Assembly: GCF_001194135.2 (NCBI RefSeq)
Contig: NC_068995.1
Location: 16,365,019-16,413,929, forward strand
Reading direction: 5' to 3'
DNA from: Octopus bimaculoides
Lineage: Eukaryota
DNA: 48,911 bases
The notes beneath the pieces were generated by a model that was given only the letters and a program-made list of their open reading frames with translations, made no database searches and was not told the DNA's origin. A program made the position numbers and the translations under genes. Shown here piece by piece: positions 1 through 14,426 of this stretch; the stretch's first letter is position 1, and each line of letters opens with the position of its first letter.

Positions 1-43
1 AAGAATTTTTGAATAAAGGAAAATGGGTAGTGGTGGGTAGGTA

Positions 44-79
<36 letters not shown>

Positions 80-267
80 TTTTCTACTCTAGGCACCAGG
101 CCTGAAATTTTGGGGTATGGGACCAGTCGATTAGATCGACCCCAGTACGCAACTGGTACTTAATTTATCGATCCCGACAGGATGAAACGCAAAGTCGACC
201 TCAGCAGAATTTGAACTCAGAGCATATGGACAGACGAAATACCGCTAAACTGTCAGCTTGCTGCCTC

Positions 268-268
<1 letters not shown>
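80..268 (-). mobile_element. tRNA-derived SINE family A
   Basis: Reverse complement of the 34499-34900 type: B-box-like GAGTTCAAATTC, central TCGATAAATTAAGTACCAGT...CTGGGGTCGA, tail ...gtgcctagagtagaaaaga. Confidence 0.8.
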
Positions 269-300
<32 letters not shown>

Positions 301-1319
301 TATGTATTTATATATAGTGTTATATTTCGGGGCATAGAATAAGAATAATAATAAACAAGTGAAGAATGAATATATAGGGTGTGTTTATTTGGTTTGGAAA
401 AAAAAATGAAAATGACCGTCCAGAAGTATTACAATATCTGTTTAAACACCCGATTTCACATCATGAATCTTACAAAACAAATTCATAAACATAATATATT
501 ATATATGTAATAATTACATTATATGTTTCACTCTTTATTGTTTCTTGTTATGCGTATGATCCTGCAGTCTGTGGAAACATTGTCTAATACAAAACTGGTC
601 CCTGATTCGCAAAAGAGTGGGGGTCCACTGACTGATGGTGTCCTTGCACTCATAATCTTGGAGATGCTTGCATCCATTATCTGGGGTGGACCTGCACCTA
701 TCTATTAGGCTGTTCACATGCAGCCTTTATAAATTCACCATTTATGCTATCTCTGTAACCAGTCTGATTTGTGTTTTTTTTTTTTTTTTAATATCGATTT
801 CTTACCCACCATGCCCTACTAAATCTTTCTTTCAAATCTCATCTATTGCCAATTTATTCATTACTGTTGAGTTTTGAATTTCCTGAAATTATTGATTCAT
901 TTTTTTTTTTTTTTTTGTTGTAAGTTTAGACATTATACACGATTTAGTGTTTTTCATCTCTGATACTTCAACTCCAGTTCTACATTTGATTCTAAAATAC
1001 AGAATATTTCATTTACAGAATCTTAAACATAAATCTATGACAGCATAAATAAAAACTTTCTCACATTTCTGGACAGTCTTCCTGTTTATTTATTTATTTT
1101 TTTTTTGAGTACTTTTTTGTCTTTTTTCCCCCCTTTCATTTTGAATTTTAGTATTTATGGTGTTAGCTTTTCATAAATTTCATTATGCCAACAGATGTCA
1201 ATTTTTTTTTTCTTCTTTTCATTTTTCTTTCACGTTTTTTTTCTTGTTTTTTTTTTCACATGAATTCATTCTTGAGCACTTATTTACATTGTAATTAACA
1301 TTGCTGTCTTTTTCTGTAG

Positions 1320-1401
1320 ATTTCCATCCAACTCTGCGTGCAACAGTCACTGCAATCTCTGTGCAACACTTACAGGAAAACTGTCAGCAGTGGATTGAAT
1401 C
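1320..1401 (+). CDS. COG1: COG1 internal coding exon (1st in window)
   Basis: Acceptor tttttctgtag|AT, donor TC|gtgagt. Encodes (D)FHPTLRATVTAISVQHLQENCQQWIE(S), resembling human COG1 EFQPTLRTLAHPISQEYLKDTLQKWIH as I recall it. Ends in phase 2, matching the next exon. Confidence 0.88.
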
Positions 1402-1568
1402 GTGAGTAAAAGTTTTACCCACACGCACACCCACATGCATGATATATATGTGTGTATGTGTGTATACATACATACGCATATACATCCATGTATATATACA
1501 CATATATGTGTATATATTTGTTTGTGTGTGTATACATATATATGCATGTATATGTATGTACATATGTT

Positions 1569-1616
<48 letters not shown>

Positions 1617-2375
1617 AAAGTAAAAAATAATAATAAGGCAGAATGCTAAACTGAAAGCATATTTTAATATAGATGTGTATAAGGAGGATTAAAAAGGATT
1701 TCTCACTGGCTTTCATTGCATGGCAAAGAGGGAGAAGAGGGAGAATGAAAATGTTTATTAAAAAAAAAATAATAATATATAAAAAAATAAATATACCAAT
1801 ACATTATATTGTCTTTAAGCTTTAAAAGTTCAATGGTAATCCATGTAGATAATTGTTAGAAAAATTAGGATTCCTTTCTCTGGCCTACCCAATGAAATAC
1901 ATATAAATTTACTTCTTGTTTCTCTAAGAACAGACATAAACTTCCTGTTGACAAAGAGTCCAGAACTCCAACTAAAGAGTATAAAACCCACAGAGTTGTC
2001 TTCCCTTACATACACTTCCTGTTTTGACACCACACTTCCTGCTTAACACATAAACTTTCAGCCTCTTTTTTTTAAANNNNNNNNNNNNNNNNNNNNNNNN
2101 NNNNNNNNNNNNNNNNNNNNNNNNNNNNNNNNNNNNNNNNNNNNNNNNNNNNNNNNNNNNNNNNNNNNNNNNNNNNNNNNNNNNNNNNNNNNNNNNNNNN
2201 NNNNNNNNNNNNNNNNNNNNNNNNNNNNNNNNNNNNNNNNNNNNNNNNNNNNNNNNNNNNNNNNNNNNNNNNNNNNNNNNNNNNNNNNNNNNNNNNNNNN
2301 NNNNNNNNNNNNNNNNNNNNNNNNNNNNNNNNNNNNNNNNNNNNNNNNNNNNNNNNNNNNNNNNNNNNNNNNNNN

Positions 2376-2416
<41 letters not shown>

Positions 2417-2748
2417 GTAAAGAATGACTGAGTAGGTCAACATCACTTGTGTCTTAATTTCAGTTTGAGCCAAAGCTTTAGCAGTAAGCCAGCCTGAGCA
2501 CTTACAGTACATAACTATTACATTACTTCATCAGACAGAATTTTATATACATGTGTGTGTGGATATGGAGTTATATATTTATTTGCATATATTTTGATTT
2601 TACTTTCAGTGTTATAAATGTCTGCTTGGAATATTTTTGCAGAGTTATCAAACCTAGCTGTTATTTTTTTTTTTTCTTGGGAGTAATTTTTGTTTTGGTC
2701 TCACCTAGAGTTTCTCTTTGCCTTTTTCCCCCCCTGTTTTCCTTGTAG

Positions 2749-2854
2749 GTGCATGCAAAGTGTGAAGGCAGGTGTTACTAAATTACTGAGTTTTGTCAAT
2801 ACAGTGAAAAGGTTGGCGGATATTCGCGCGGCTGTATGGGATCTCCTCTTACAG
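2749..2854 (+). CDS. COG1: COG1 internal coding exon (2nd)
   Basis: Acceptor ttttccttgtag|G, donor CAG|gtaaaa. Encodes CMQSVKAGVTKLLSFVNTVKRLADIRAAVWDLLLQ, resembling COG1 CNEDIKNGITNLLMYVKSMKGLAGIRDAMWELL. Phase 2 in, phase 0 out. Confidence 0.93.
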
Positions 2855-3959
2855 GTAAAAATGATCAAGTTTTCACATTTTTGTAATTCTTCAGTGTTTA
2901 TTACTTGAAATCGTCATGGGGTTGCAGGAGTGGATGGCAAAATATTAGATGAGCTTCTCCAAAGTATTTTGCTTTGTAGTCTTTTTGTTCTATTCTTATA
3001 TTTGTTTCAGTCATTGGGCTTTGGCCATACTGGAACTCAACCATCAAAGGTTTTAGTCAAGTGTGGCATGTAAAAAACACCATCTGAACGTGGTTGATGC
3101 CAAAGCCCCCCTGACTGGCTCCCACGCCGATGGCATGTAAAAAGCACCTGTTGTACTCTCGGAGTGGTTGGTATTAGGAAGAGCATCCAGCTGTAGAAAC
3201 GTTGCCAGCTCAGATTGGAGTCTGGTGCAGCCCACTGGCTTGTCACACTTCAGTCAAACCGTCCAACCCAAGCCAGCATGAAAAGCAGGCGTTAAACGAT
3301 GATAATAATGATCAATGATCTCATAAAGGAGAGAAAAAAAAAGCAAAATAAAAGACAGTTGACCCAGTGTTGAAGGGACATAACAAAATATCACAAGATA
3401 TTTTTAATTACCAGGACACATTCTGCTATTAATTGCTAGTACATGCATGTATAAAGGACACACACACTGTCACACAGACACACACACACACACACACACA
3501 CACACTTCTGCCAAATTCAATGATGATATGATTACCAAAAATAAAAAAAGACAGAGCGAATCAAATGAAGATGAAAATAAGATTTAAAGTTATCAAGATC
3601 ACCTATGGCTGATCAATGAAGACAGTGACTCAAAACATGGGGCATATCTGTAGGGGACACAACAATTCAAGTAACCAGAAAATCACAATCAACGACTCAC
3701 ATCTAGACTACATCTTCTGTGTACCTGAAGCTATGGAAGTGACTGCGTTTCATTTCACAAATATGTAATACCTACCTCTGCTACCATGGAAATCTGTTGG
3801 AGTTCCAGCCATTGGTTAATTGGTTCCTAATGACTGGTTATGTGATACTTCAATAAGGGAAGCAGTCACATGGTTGTATGTCATCTACCCATTGTCAACA
3901 CTCTCTTTCCACACACACACACACAAACAAACATGATGGCTACAATTCAATTTTGAGGA

Positions 3960-4155
3960 ATGTAATAATGTAATGCATATTTATTCACATTGTTTTGAAT
4001 GAATCATGCATTATCTCATAGCTTTGAGAGTCCAATGATGTGACTATTTTTAGAATGACATTGTAGACTAGGTGTGAGAGGCTTGATCTATCTGGTATGA
4101 ACATCAAACAGGTAAAATATTTTGGCCAGATATGATTGGTTTAAATGAAAAAGGG
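3960..4155. mobile_element. piggyBac-type MITE, partial (same family as 42020-42239)
   Basis: Shares cattgttttgaat(g/t)aatcatgcattatct...tttttagaat...gagaggcttgat with 42020-42239; ends AAAAGGG-TTAG. Confidence 0.55.
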
Positions 4156-4749
4156 TTAGAACAGCACAGATGTGGCTTTTCATTATTGAGACCTACACTC
4201 TTTCGCATGGATGTAGCAATGATAGGTTCCTCTTGCAGCAGATGTTCTTCAGAGAGTTACTTCACACCCTGACACATTTTCATTCCATCATGGAATTTTG
4301 CATTGTGCATTTTTATCCCGTTTGGCTCCAGCTAGCCAGAGTAAGTAATGTGTAATAGAGATGTTAAAAATCACCCGAGGCCTCTGCCTGAAGCTTTTCT
4401 TTTAAAGTGAAGAATGCTCTTGCATAAAGCCAATTCCACTTTCTAAGCAATGATACATTCGCTCAAAAAGAAGAACTAGATTACATCTTTGGATGCAAAT
4501 AAGGGCGCAGGTGTTATATCAGAAATTTCCTTCTCCTAGTGAGATGTATAAAAAATGCAAGGAATCTCTTACTCCCAGTAGTTGAATACATACATACATG
4601 CATGCATACATACATACATACATGCATACGTACATGCATACCATTACTGGAACTCTAAAAATTTATACAACTTTCCAGAAGTTTATCATTTAAATATATC
4701 TGAGCTCGTCTAGATATGTAACTATATGCATGAGAATACATACATGAAA

Positions 4750-5090
4750 CATACAAATCTGCACACACACACATACATACATACATACATATAAAAATAC
4801 CCTGTTGTTAATGTTGAAATTCCAGTGAAGGAGCCTTGGATTTCGGTCAGAAACCAGTTCTTTCTCTATTGGTAAGAAATCTTGAAATAAAACTGAACAA
4901 TAACATACACGCACGCACACAAACAAAGCATACAAATCTGCAGATATACATACATTCATACAAAAATACCCTGTTGATGTTGTTGAAATTCCAATGAAGG
5001 ATCTTTGGGTCTAGATTAGAAGCCAGCTTTTTTCTATTAGCAAGAAATCTTGAAATAAAACTGAAGAATAATATACATATGTACACACAT
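4750..5090. repeat. Diverged tandem duplication, period about 179 bp
   Basis: catacaaatctgca...aaaataccctgttg...gttgaaattcca(g/a)tgaagga...aagaaatcttgaaataaaactgaa occurs at 4750 and 4929. Confidence 0.8.
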
Positions 5091-5829
5091 ACATATATAT
5101 ACCTATAAGTATGATTTTTTTTAAATGTTTTATCGAATTTCTTAAGAGAATTCAAGCTGATTGCTAACAGAGCCACAAGACTTTTTGCGTTAAACCAGTA
5201 AATTTTTTGAGCAGAACCAGTTGAGATAGAATAAAAGTTCCTAGTGTCTGTAAACATGTGGCTGAGTTCGTGTGTTGGTTGAACTGGCAATGCACACACT
5301 CGTGTGCATGCATCTGTTCACCTGAAGAATCTCAGACATCTTACAAACCTTCACTGTGCCACTAATAAATTGGATTTGGAGAATTCATGTGTTTATGTAT
5401 GTATGTATGCATGCATGCAAATGCTGGCAATTACTCCAAAATGAAAGGTGGAGTTGCCCTCAGCCAGATCTGAACTCAGGGTGAAGCAAACTGTAATAAA
5501 TTCTGCAATTTATTTAGTCCTCCATCTAATGCCGCATCACCATCAAGATGGTGGCCTCTAATCTTCAAACATTTACGGGTGTTATTTTGAGATTTTGATG
5601 TCCTCCTCTATCCTCGACCTCTGTTGGAAAATAATCACTGTCATTGCTGTCATCGTCATCGAAGATTAAATACCAATTTGAAAATGAATATGCTAACATT
5701 GGTGATCTCACCTAGATTATGCTCATGCTTAAGATGTGATATCTGATATGATTGGACGATATCTGATAAGCCATGTTTGCCTCGTAATCTGTGATAATCT
5801 ATTATATAATTAATTACTTTATGCTTGCT

Positions 5830-6145
5830 ATATCATCATCATCATGATATTCATCATTGTCATCACGATCTTCATCATTGTCATCATTGCCACACTACCA
5901 TTGTCATCATCATCATCATCATTCTCACCCTCATCAGATGAATGTTTTAATTCTGCATGCTTTTTTTTGTCATACTGTTATGTTATGACGACTATGAATT
6001 ATCATCCTAGTCATCATCAGTATCATCATCATCTTCCTCCTCCTCATCATCATCATTATCATTACCACCACCATCACTATAACCACCATCACCACCACCA
6101 CTACCACCACGACTATCATCATCATTGTCATCATCATCATGACAA
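5830..6145. repeat. Degenerate (CAT/CAC)n trinucleotide region
   Basis: Source of the poly-His/Met/Asp ORFs; similar tracts at about 10700-10940 and 11135-11320. Confidence 0.85.
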
Positions 6146-7002
6146 TAGAATAGCAGAACCAGTAGATCATAAGATAAAAACAGTTTGCAGGATTTTATCA
6201 CATCCCTCTATGTTCTGAGGTCAAATCCTGCTAAAGCCTACTTTGGTTTTCATCATTCTGGGGGTTGATAAAATAAAGTATCAATAAAGAGGAAGTTAGT
6301 AGTCCATTTCATCAGCTGAAGCTAGCATGGAAAATGGATAGTAAATGATGATGATGATGATGATACTTCCTCAAACTTTTGGCCCTTATGTCAGCGTCAT
6401 CATCATCATTTAACATCCACTTTCCATGGTGGCTTGGATAGGACAGTTTGTCTAAGGACTAGCAAGCCAGGAGGCTGCACCAGGCTCCAATCTGGTCTGG
6501 CAAGATTTCTACAGCTGGCTGCCCTTCCTAACGCCAACCACTCCGAGAGTGCAGTGGGTGCATTTTACTGCCAGTCAGGCAGTAGTGGCATCGACCATGC
6601 TCAAATAGTGCTTTTTACATGCTACTGGCATGGGAGCCAGTCAGGCTGCACTGGCATGGGAGCCAGTCAGGCTGCACTGGCATCGACCATGCTGAGAGAT
6701 CTTTACCATCATTAACATCAGTTTTACAACTGTTTTTGCATGGGTTTGCAATACAACTATATTCTATGAGAGTCTTCATTTCATGTTAAGTCTTCTGCAG
6801 TGACTTTTAGTGTGGTTCCCTCATACAAACCTCTCACATAAATTCATGGCACCTTTTCGTACTTTCCATGTTTGGAATCAAGCCATTTGTATCACAATAT
6901 GATTACAGTCATCTCTTCTGTGTACATTTGCATATCATTACTCCTAAAAATTTGGGGCTCTTCTCTCAATGTAAGTAATGAACATTGCTGTGTGTGTGAG
7001 TT

Positions 7003-7195
7003 ATCTCTCTCTCTCTCTCCTTCTCTCTCTCCTTCTCTCTCTCTCCTTCTCTCTCTCTCCTTCTCTCTCTCTCTCTCTCNNNNNNNNNNTCTCTCTCTCT
7101 CCTTCTCTCTCTCTCTCCTTCTCTCTCTCTCCTTCTCGCTCTCTCTCCTTCTCTCTCTCTCTCCTTCTCTCTCTCTCTCCTTCTCTCTCTCTCTC
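7003..7195. repeat. (CT)n microsatellite with periodic CCTT interruptions
   Basis: Long pyrimidine tract; source of the SL/RE-repeat ORFs. Confidence 0.9.
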
Positions 7196-7245
<50 letters not shown>

Positions 7246-7909
7246 CATACACACAATACATATGTCAAATGCCTCTGGAGTTGCTGAAATGCCGGTCTCA
7301 CTTCTAACAACACAATGTGACCTACCATGGCCAATAGCAGCCCATCTTCTTGGACTTCCTGTACTACTCCATTCAGTAATCTGAGCCTGAATGAGCTAGA
7401 TTTCTGTAAAAAGCCTGCAAAACTTTAAGTTGCTGAGAGTCAAATCAAACTATTTTAAATAATAACAAGTCCTCTCAGAGACTGCAAAAGCAATACTAAT
7501 GCCCCTTGAAAAGCTAATTTAAATAGCAAAAACCAGTTGGATATTACTATATTTTATGAGACTTTTACTATCTATAAAATATATACATATATATTTTTTT
7601 ATATAAAGATATTAAAACTATGTGAAATAAAAGGATTTCTATTCCCTTTTTTTTATATATGCTTTCCACATATACAAAAAAAGGGAAGAGAAATGCCTTC
7701 ATTTGGTGACCCAAATACTGAATAGATAGGGATAATAACTCAAGGTAGGTACAATTCAAGCACTCTACTACAATGCAGGTTATGGCTAACAGTACTGGTA
7801 AGGAATAACGTGGGACTATTCAAAGTAAACAATCCTAATATCTTTCATCTGATGGGTAAATCCTGGGTTTGCTTCGATGGAATAGTTTACTGAGTGCATA
7901 TCCAAACAA

Positions 7910-7945
<36 letters not shown>

Positions 7946-8603
7946 GTTAAATTCAATTTAGGTTGAAAGTCAACAAACAGAAGTGTTAAGATGTATTAAA
8001 AGATACAGATAAGGAAATAACTGTATTCTTAAACACAGGATAATGCTAATAATAATAATAATAATAATATAGCATGAATAGGATAAATTATCCATATTTT
8101 ACAGAAAAATCTGTCAGTGGCCTTCATGCNNNNNNNNNNNNNNNNNNNNNNNNNNNNNNNNNNNNNNNNNNNNNNNNNNNNNNNNNNNNNNNNNNNNNNN
8201 NNNNNNNNNNNNNNNNNNNNNNNNNNNNNNNNNNNNNNNNNNNNNNNNNNNNNNNNNNNNNNNNNNNNNNNNNNNNNNNNNNNNNNNNNNNNNNNNNNNN
8301 NNNNNNNNNNNNNNNNNNNNNNNNNNNNNNNNNNNNNNNNNNNNNNNNNNNNNNNNNNNNNNNNNNNNNNNNNNNNNNNNNNNNNNNNNNNNNNNNNNNN
8401 NNNNNNNNNNNNNNNNNNNNNNNNNNNNNNNNNNNNNNNNNNNNNNNNNNNNNNNNNNNNNGAGAGAGAGAGAGAGAGAGATGGGGGAGAGAGAGTCAGT
8501 CTTTTTTATAGGATATGGGTTTGAGTTCCTCAGACAACCTTGATTTTTCTCTCCAAAAGGGTTTTCTAACCCAATATTTACATGCTATTATTCATAGCTT
8601 TGT

Positions 8604-8850
8604 GAAGGCATGTGACTTAGTGGTTAGGGTATTTGGCTTATGATCATAAGGTTGTGAGTTCAACTCCCAACGACATGTTGTGTCCTTGAGCAAGACACTT
8701 TATTCCACATTGCTCCAGTCCACTCAGCTGACAAAAATGAGTAGTGCTATATTTCAAAGGGCCAGCTTAATCACACTCTGTGTCACGCCAAATGTTAAGG
8801 GTACTTGTGTATATGGAATACTCAGCTACATGCACATTAATTTCCTGAGC
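8604..8850 (+). mobile_element. CORE-like tRNA SINE family D
   Basis: A/B boxes (tagtggttagg, gagttcaactcc) followed by gtgtccttgagcaagacactttattccacattgctccagtccactcagctgacaaaaatgagt, similar to the MIR/CORE domain. Confidence 0.7.
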
Positions 8851-9469
8851 ACTTGTCATCATAACCAATGCAGTGCCAGTTATAGCTTTATATGTATTTT
8901 CAGTCCCAATCTCCAAAAAGACTTTTATATATATATATACACTCACACACACACATATATGTATGTATATATATATATATATATATATATGATAAGAACT
9001 CAAATGGCTTAATGGTTTACTACAGCTATTTCAGATNNNNNNNNNNCAATAAAAAACACAGGTCTGAAACAGGTGTTGTGAACCTTTAACCCATTTGTGT
9101 TCTTATTTTATACGAAACACCATACCTGGAAAACTGTATTGGATCTGGAACTTGCATTGGAGCCTGAACCTACATTCTTGTGTGCATGGGTATATATTTA
9201 CATGTCTATATATATATATATACATATCTGTAGGGGTATTGATATGTCCATATAAGCATGCCTATGTATGGATGTATTTGTATTTGGTCTATACACATAT
9301 ATCTCGAACTCGACTCACACTTCGTATTCTGAATGTTAAAATACCTTAATTCAAATGAATCCTACAAGTAGTTAATTTTATATATATATATAGGAGAATT
9401 CATGAAAAGACAACAGACGAAGACAGGTGGTGTAAACAATAAATGGATGTATTTGTATATATATACATG

Positions 9470-9501
<32 letters not shown>

Positions 9502-12034
9502 TGCACAGGCACAGACAACTTTCCATGCTACGGTGGTATTCAAGTAATGTGGCTGCTATTTCCAGCAAGTTGAATGAGCACATAGAGAGAGAGGCTCCCT
9601 TGTCAGCTCAATTACTTTCAAGTTATTAGTTGTAAGACCTCACCAATATAAAGACATCACAAAGTAAGAACTTTCCTGGAGAAGAAGATAATAAAAAAAA
9701 AAAAAAATNNNNNNNNNNNNNNNNNNNNNNNNNNNNNNNNNNNNNNNNNNNNNNNNNNNNNNNNNNNNNNNNNNNNNNNNNNNNNNNNNNNAAGATCGTT
9801 TCAGTCAACAGCTTCAATACATTCAATACATGTTATATCATTATCATCGTCATTGCCGTTATTATTATTATTATCATTATTATCATTATTATTATTATTA
9901 TTATTATTATTGGTATTAGTATTATTACATCTTAGAATTGTTTGTGTGGTGGTGAGGGAGGGATGTGTCGGGTGAGACCAACTATAAAAACTTTCATGTT
10001 TCTTGCAAACGACAGCGGCGATGACTGAATGAATAATATCTGTCTCAGTATCTAACCACTGAGACTGATTGAATCAACTTACTACTAGCACCACCACTAC
10101 CACCACCACCACCATTATTACAACTACTACTACTACTTTGGTGGGGACATGATTTATAGTTTTAAAAATCTATTGTTTTGATTTGATTTAAAAAAAAAAA
10201 TTTATATAANNNNNNNNNNNNNNNNNNNNNNNNNNNNNNNNNNNNNNNNNNNNNNNNNNNNNNNNNNNNNNNNNNNNNNNNNNNNNNNNNNNNNNNNNNN
10301 NNNNNNNNNNNNNNNNNNNNNNNNNNNNNNNNNNNNNNNNNNNNNNNNNNNNNNNNNNNNNNNNNNNNNNNNNNNNNNNNNNNNNNNNNNNNNNNNNNNN
10401 NNNNNNNNNNNNNNNNNNNNNNNNNNNNNNNNNNNNNNNNNNNNNNNNNNNNNNNNNNNNNNNNNNNNNNNNNNNNNNNNNNNNNNNNNNNNNNNNNNNN
10501 NNNNNNNNNNNNNNNGCATTTTTCTTCTTTTTTTTGTTTTTGATATGTGTGTGTGAGTGTGTGTGGGTGTGTGTGTGTGTGTGTGTTTCAGATTTGGTTG
10601 AAAGTTAAGAAATTCTTAGACTATGATTCATAGTTTGTTTTTTTTTGGTTTTTTTCTTTATTGTTGTAGTTGTTGTTACTGCATTTACGTTTCGTCTTAT
10701 CTTTCTTTTGTCATTGTTGTAGTTGTCGTTATTGTTGTTGTCACCATTATTGATTGTCTTTATTGTCACCGGCATCATCATTATTGTTGTTATTTGTTTT
10801 CCTTGTAACCAGTATCATCATCATCGTCATCGTCATCATCATCATCACCATTTATCTACATTGTCATCATTGTTGTTGTTCTTGTAATTGTTATCATTGC
10901 TCATGTTTGTGACTCTGTTGTTGTCATCATGATCATTGTCTGCTTCCTTTCCATGTTGTCATAAGTTAGATGATTCTGTGTTTCCAATTCTTCGTGTGTG
11001 TGTGTATGTGTGTGTGTTCCGAAATCACATTTTTGGGGACCCCAATGTTTTTAGATCAGATTTCAGTACTTTCCCAGTGAGAGATTCAGAAATACCCAGA
11101 CCATGACTCATAACCCTTTTTTTCTTCTAGTTACATCATTAACTATCATTGTTGTTTTCATTGTCCTCATCCCCCTCCTCCTCGCCATCATCATTCATCA
11201 TTTTCATTACCATTTTCGTTTTCATCATCATTGTTATTACCACTATCCCCGTTGCCATCACTCTTAGTTTCATCATTACCATCTTCGATTTTATCATTAC
11301 CATCACCAATATCATTGTTTTAATGGCCATTTTCCCAAACTCGCTTGGGTTGGGTAGGACTACATAACAGCATCCTTCGTTTATCTTGATGATCTGTCAT
11401 TTCATCTGTAAGAACCAAATCTAGTAAGATCCAACCTCCCTGTGTCTTAGCTCTTTGCTCTATCTTTACCAAGTCTGCCTTCTCTTGTCAAATCTCACTA
11501 CAGTTTTGTTTATAGGTTTATAGTAGATCCCTTCCTTACCATTTAAACCTAACTGGGAAGTTGAAGTATTAGCTACTATCAGCCAAACTTGCACAAGCAC
11601 GAATAGTTCTCAACAGTTTTGCTACCATATTTCACTCTGAATTCTCTTCCTTCGCAGCAATAATTTTTTAAATAATGGCACCCATGCATCCAGTCAGTCC
11701 ACACTGTGAAGTGGTTGGCACTTGGAAGGGCATACAGTTGTAAAAAAGCCATACAAAAATTGACATTGCCTGTGCTGATACCATGTAAAAAGCACTGTCT
11801 GCTCTGTTGGATGGATGGTTGGTATTAGGAAGGGCATTCAGCCGTAAAAACCATGCCAAAACAGACACAGTAGCCTGGTGTAGTCTTCTACTTGGCTGGC
11901 TCCTAAACGATGATGATGATAGTGCCCTGTAAAAAGCACTCATGTCAGTGCTGCGGTGTCACGTAAAAAGCACCTGTACCTGTATCACATAAGACACACC
12001 TGTGCTGGTGCCACATTGTAAATACTAGTACATA

Positions 12035-12372
12035 GTGAAAGTGCATGACTCTGGTTAGAGTGTTGAGCTCATAATCATGAGATAGAGTTTGATTTCCTGA
12101 CCGGACCATGTGTTGTGTTGCGTTCTTGAGCAAGACACTTTATTTCACATTGCTCCAGTTCACTTAGCTGTAGAAATGAGTTGTGATGTCACTTGTGCCA
12201 AGCTGCATTGGTCTTTGCCTTGGATAACATCGGTGGCATGGAGTGGGTAGGGTGGTATGCATCGACAGCTACTGGTCTTCCATAAACAACCTTGCCTAGA
12301 CATATGCTTCGGAGGGGAACTTTCTAGGTGCAATCTCATGGTCATGAATGACCGAAGGGGTCTTTACCCTTT
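12035..12372 (+). mobile_element. CORE-like SINE with a different tail
   Basis: Same core (ttcttgagcaagacactttatttcacattgctccagttcacttagctgtagaaatgag) but an unrelated tail ending gaccgaaggggtctttacccttta. Confidence 0.65.
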
Positions 12373-13844
12373 ACCAGTACCACGTAAAGTGTACCCAGTA
12401 TATTCTGCTATGTGGTTGGCATTAGGAAGGGCAGCTAGCCATATGGACCATGCCAAAACAGACAATCAGAGCCTGAGTAACTCTCTGGCTGGCCAGCTCC
12501 TGTCAAATCATCCAACCCATACCAGCATGGAAAATGGATGTGAAATGACGATAATGAAAATTTGAGTACAATAATTTTGTCATTATTAAGATGGCGTTTG
12601 GAACCAAAACATAAATTAACATGAAATTGATATGAAATGTTGATGAAAGTTTAAATTTAGATCCCTTTAAACCTGGAAGTTTGTATCATAGAAGTAAGGA
12701 TGGTATCAGGTGGGTTGGCATCAAAATGGTTAAGGTGGATGCTCTTCCTACTCTGACCATTGAACTATTAACTATCATGACTATTGACAGGCTGAATGAG
12801 GCAAACAGAATCCCAAGTTTTGTCCAAGAATTGCAATGAAGTTAGTTTGGTCAAATTTGAACTTATAATAATGTTGTTAAGATATGGAATTTCTGAAATG
12901 TTAAGATATGGCTGTTATGGTCATGTGCTTAATGTTTCAGGTGATAATAGAGTCATTATGATTTACATATGATTTACATTATACCTGTGTTGCTACCATG
13001 GTAAAAGCACCCATCTCGGTGCCACTTAAATGCACCCTATACAGTCTGTAAAGTGGCTGATGTCAGGAAGGGCATCTGACCATAGAAACCATGCCAAAAC
13101 AGACGACGAGAGCCTGGTGCAGCTTCCCAGCCTGCCAGCTTCTGTCAAACTGTCCAACCTATTCAAGCATGGAAAACAGACATTAAAAGATGATGAGGTG
13201 GTTGACTTGAATTTTTGACGATATGGACTACATTTGAACTTTATTAATTTTATGAAGACATGGACCTTCTTATGATGTTAAATTATGAAACTTATGATTA
13301 TTTGGCTAAGATTTCAGTTTACTATAGTGTCATTATTTTTTGAACTTACAGTTAAGAATTGAACTCATTGTGATGTTTTCAACATTTGGACTTATTAAAA
13401 TAATACGTCACTTTAATCTCAGAACAAACGAAATTTTTCTGGAATCTTATCCTATTTCTCTGGCATCACTCTGTAAACTTTTCTTGTGCCTGTCAACAGA
13501 CACACAATGTATCAATGTAATATATTCTTTATGAGGAAGCTTGTTAATTAGCGATATTAAGTTTTGCCTAGGACCTACTTTATTTCTGTCAAAAATAAGT
13601 GACTGCATTTAGAAGTTTGGATCGATGAATTATCACTGTTTTAATGTCTGTTTTCCTTGCTGGCATGGCTTGGACAGATCAGTACAGTAACATTTGGCAT
13701 CTTGCCAAAAGAACAGAATTCTGGTTGTAACTAGCTAGGTCAGTCTTGATTATATGATAAGAATAGGAACATTTTCTATACCAGAGCATGTCTGATTGAA
13801 ATGTAGTATTTAAAGCTGGATAGCAGCAATTTTATGTGGAGAAT

Positions 13845-13875
<31 letters not shown>

Positions 13876-13890
13876 TATATATATATATAT

Positions 13891-14084
13891 AGGCACAAAC
13901 ATGGCTGTGTGGTAAGAAGCTTGCTTCCCAACCACATGGTTCTGGGTTCAGTCACACGACATAGCACCTTGGGCAAGTGTATTCTACTATAACCTTAGGC
14001 TGACCAAAGCCTTGTGAGTAGATTTATATATATATATATATTTATGTGTGTGTGTCTTTGTGTCTGTGTTTGCCCCCCCCCCCC
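13891..14084 (+). mobile_element. SINE family B, head to poly-C, runs into N gap
   Basis: Matches the head of 45731-46175 and stops at gcccccccccccc before the gap. Confidence 0.75.
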
Positions 14085-14380
14085 NNNNNNNNNNNNNNNN
14101 NNNNNNNNNNNNNNNNNNNNNNNNNNNNNNNNNNNNNNNNNNNNNNNNNNNNNNNNNNNNNNNNNNNNNNNNNNNNNNNNNNNNNNNNNNNNNNNNNNNN
14201 NNNNNNNNNNNNNNNNNNNNNNNNNNNNNNNNNNNNNNNNNNNNNNNNNNNNNNNNNNNNNNNNNNNNNNNNNNNNNNNNNNNNNNNNNNNNNNNNNNNN
14301 NNNNNNNNNNNNNNNNNNNNNNNNNNNNNNNNNNNNNNNNNNNNNNNNNNNNNATCTATCTATCTATCTATTTATCTATT

Positions 14381-14426
<46 letters not shown>

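Noticed and set aside
523-717. Overlapping ORFs with a cag acceptor-like site, as a possible upstream COG1 exon
   Set aside because: No frame resembles the COG1 sequence expected before FHPTLR and there is no suitable phase-1 donor.
4170-4355. 61-aa ORF with a strong gtaagt donor-like site near 4341
   Set aside because: No recognisable homology, and the COG1 alignment is continuous between exons 2749-2854 and 15389-15499 without it.
5844-6218. His-, Met- and Asp-rich ORFs
   Set aside because: Translations of (CAT)n microsatellite.
6872-7384. SL- and RE-repeat ORFs up to 170 aa
   Set aside because: Translations of (CT)n/(TA)n spanning an N gap.
7845-7875. ctgatgggtaaatcctggg as a second hammerhead
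   Set aside because: Lacks both CUGANGA and GAAA in this copy; at most a decayed relic.
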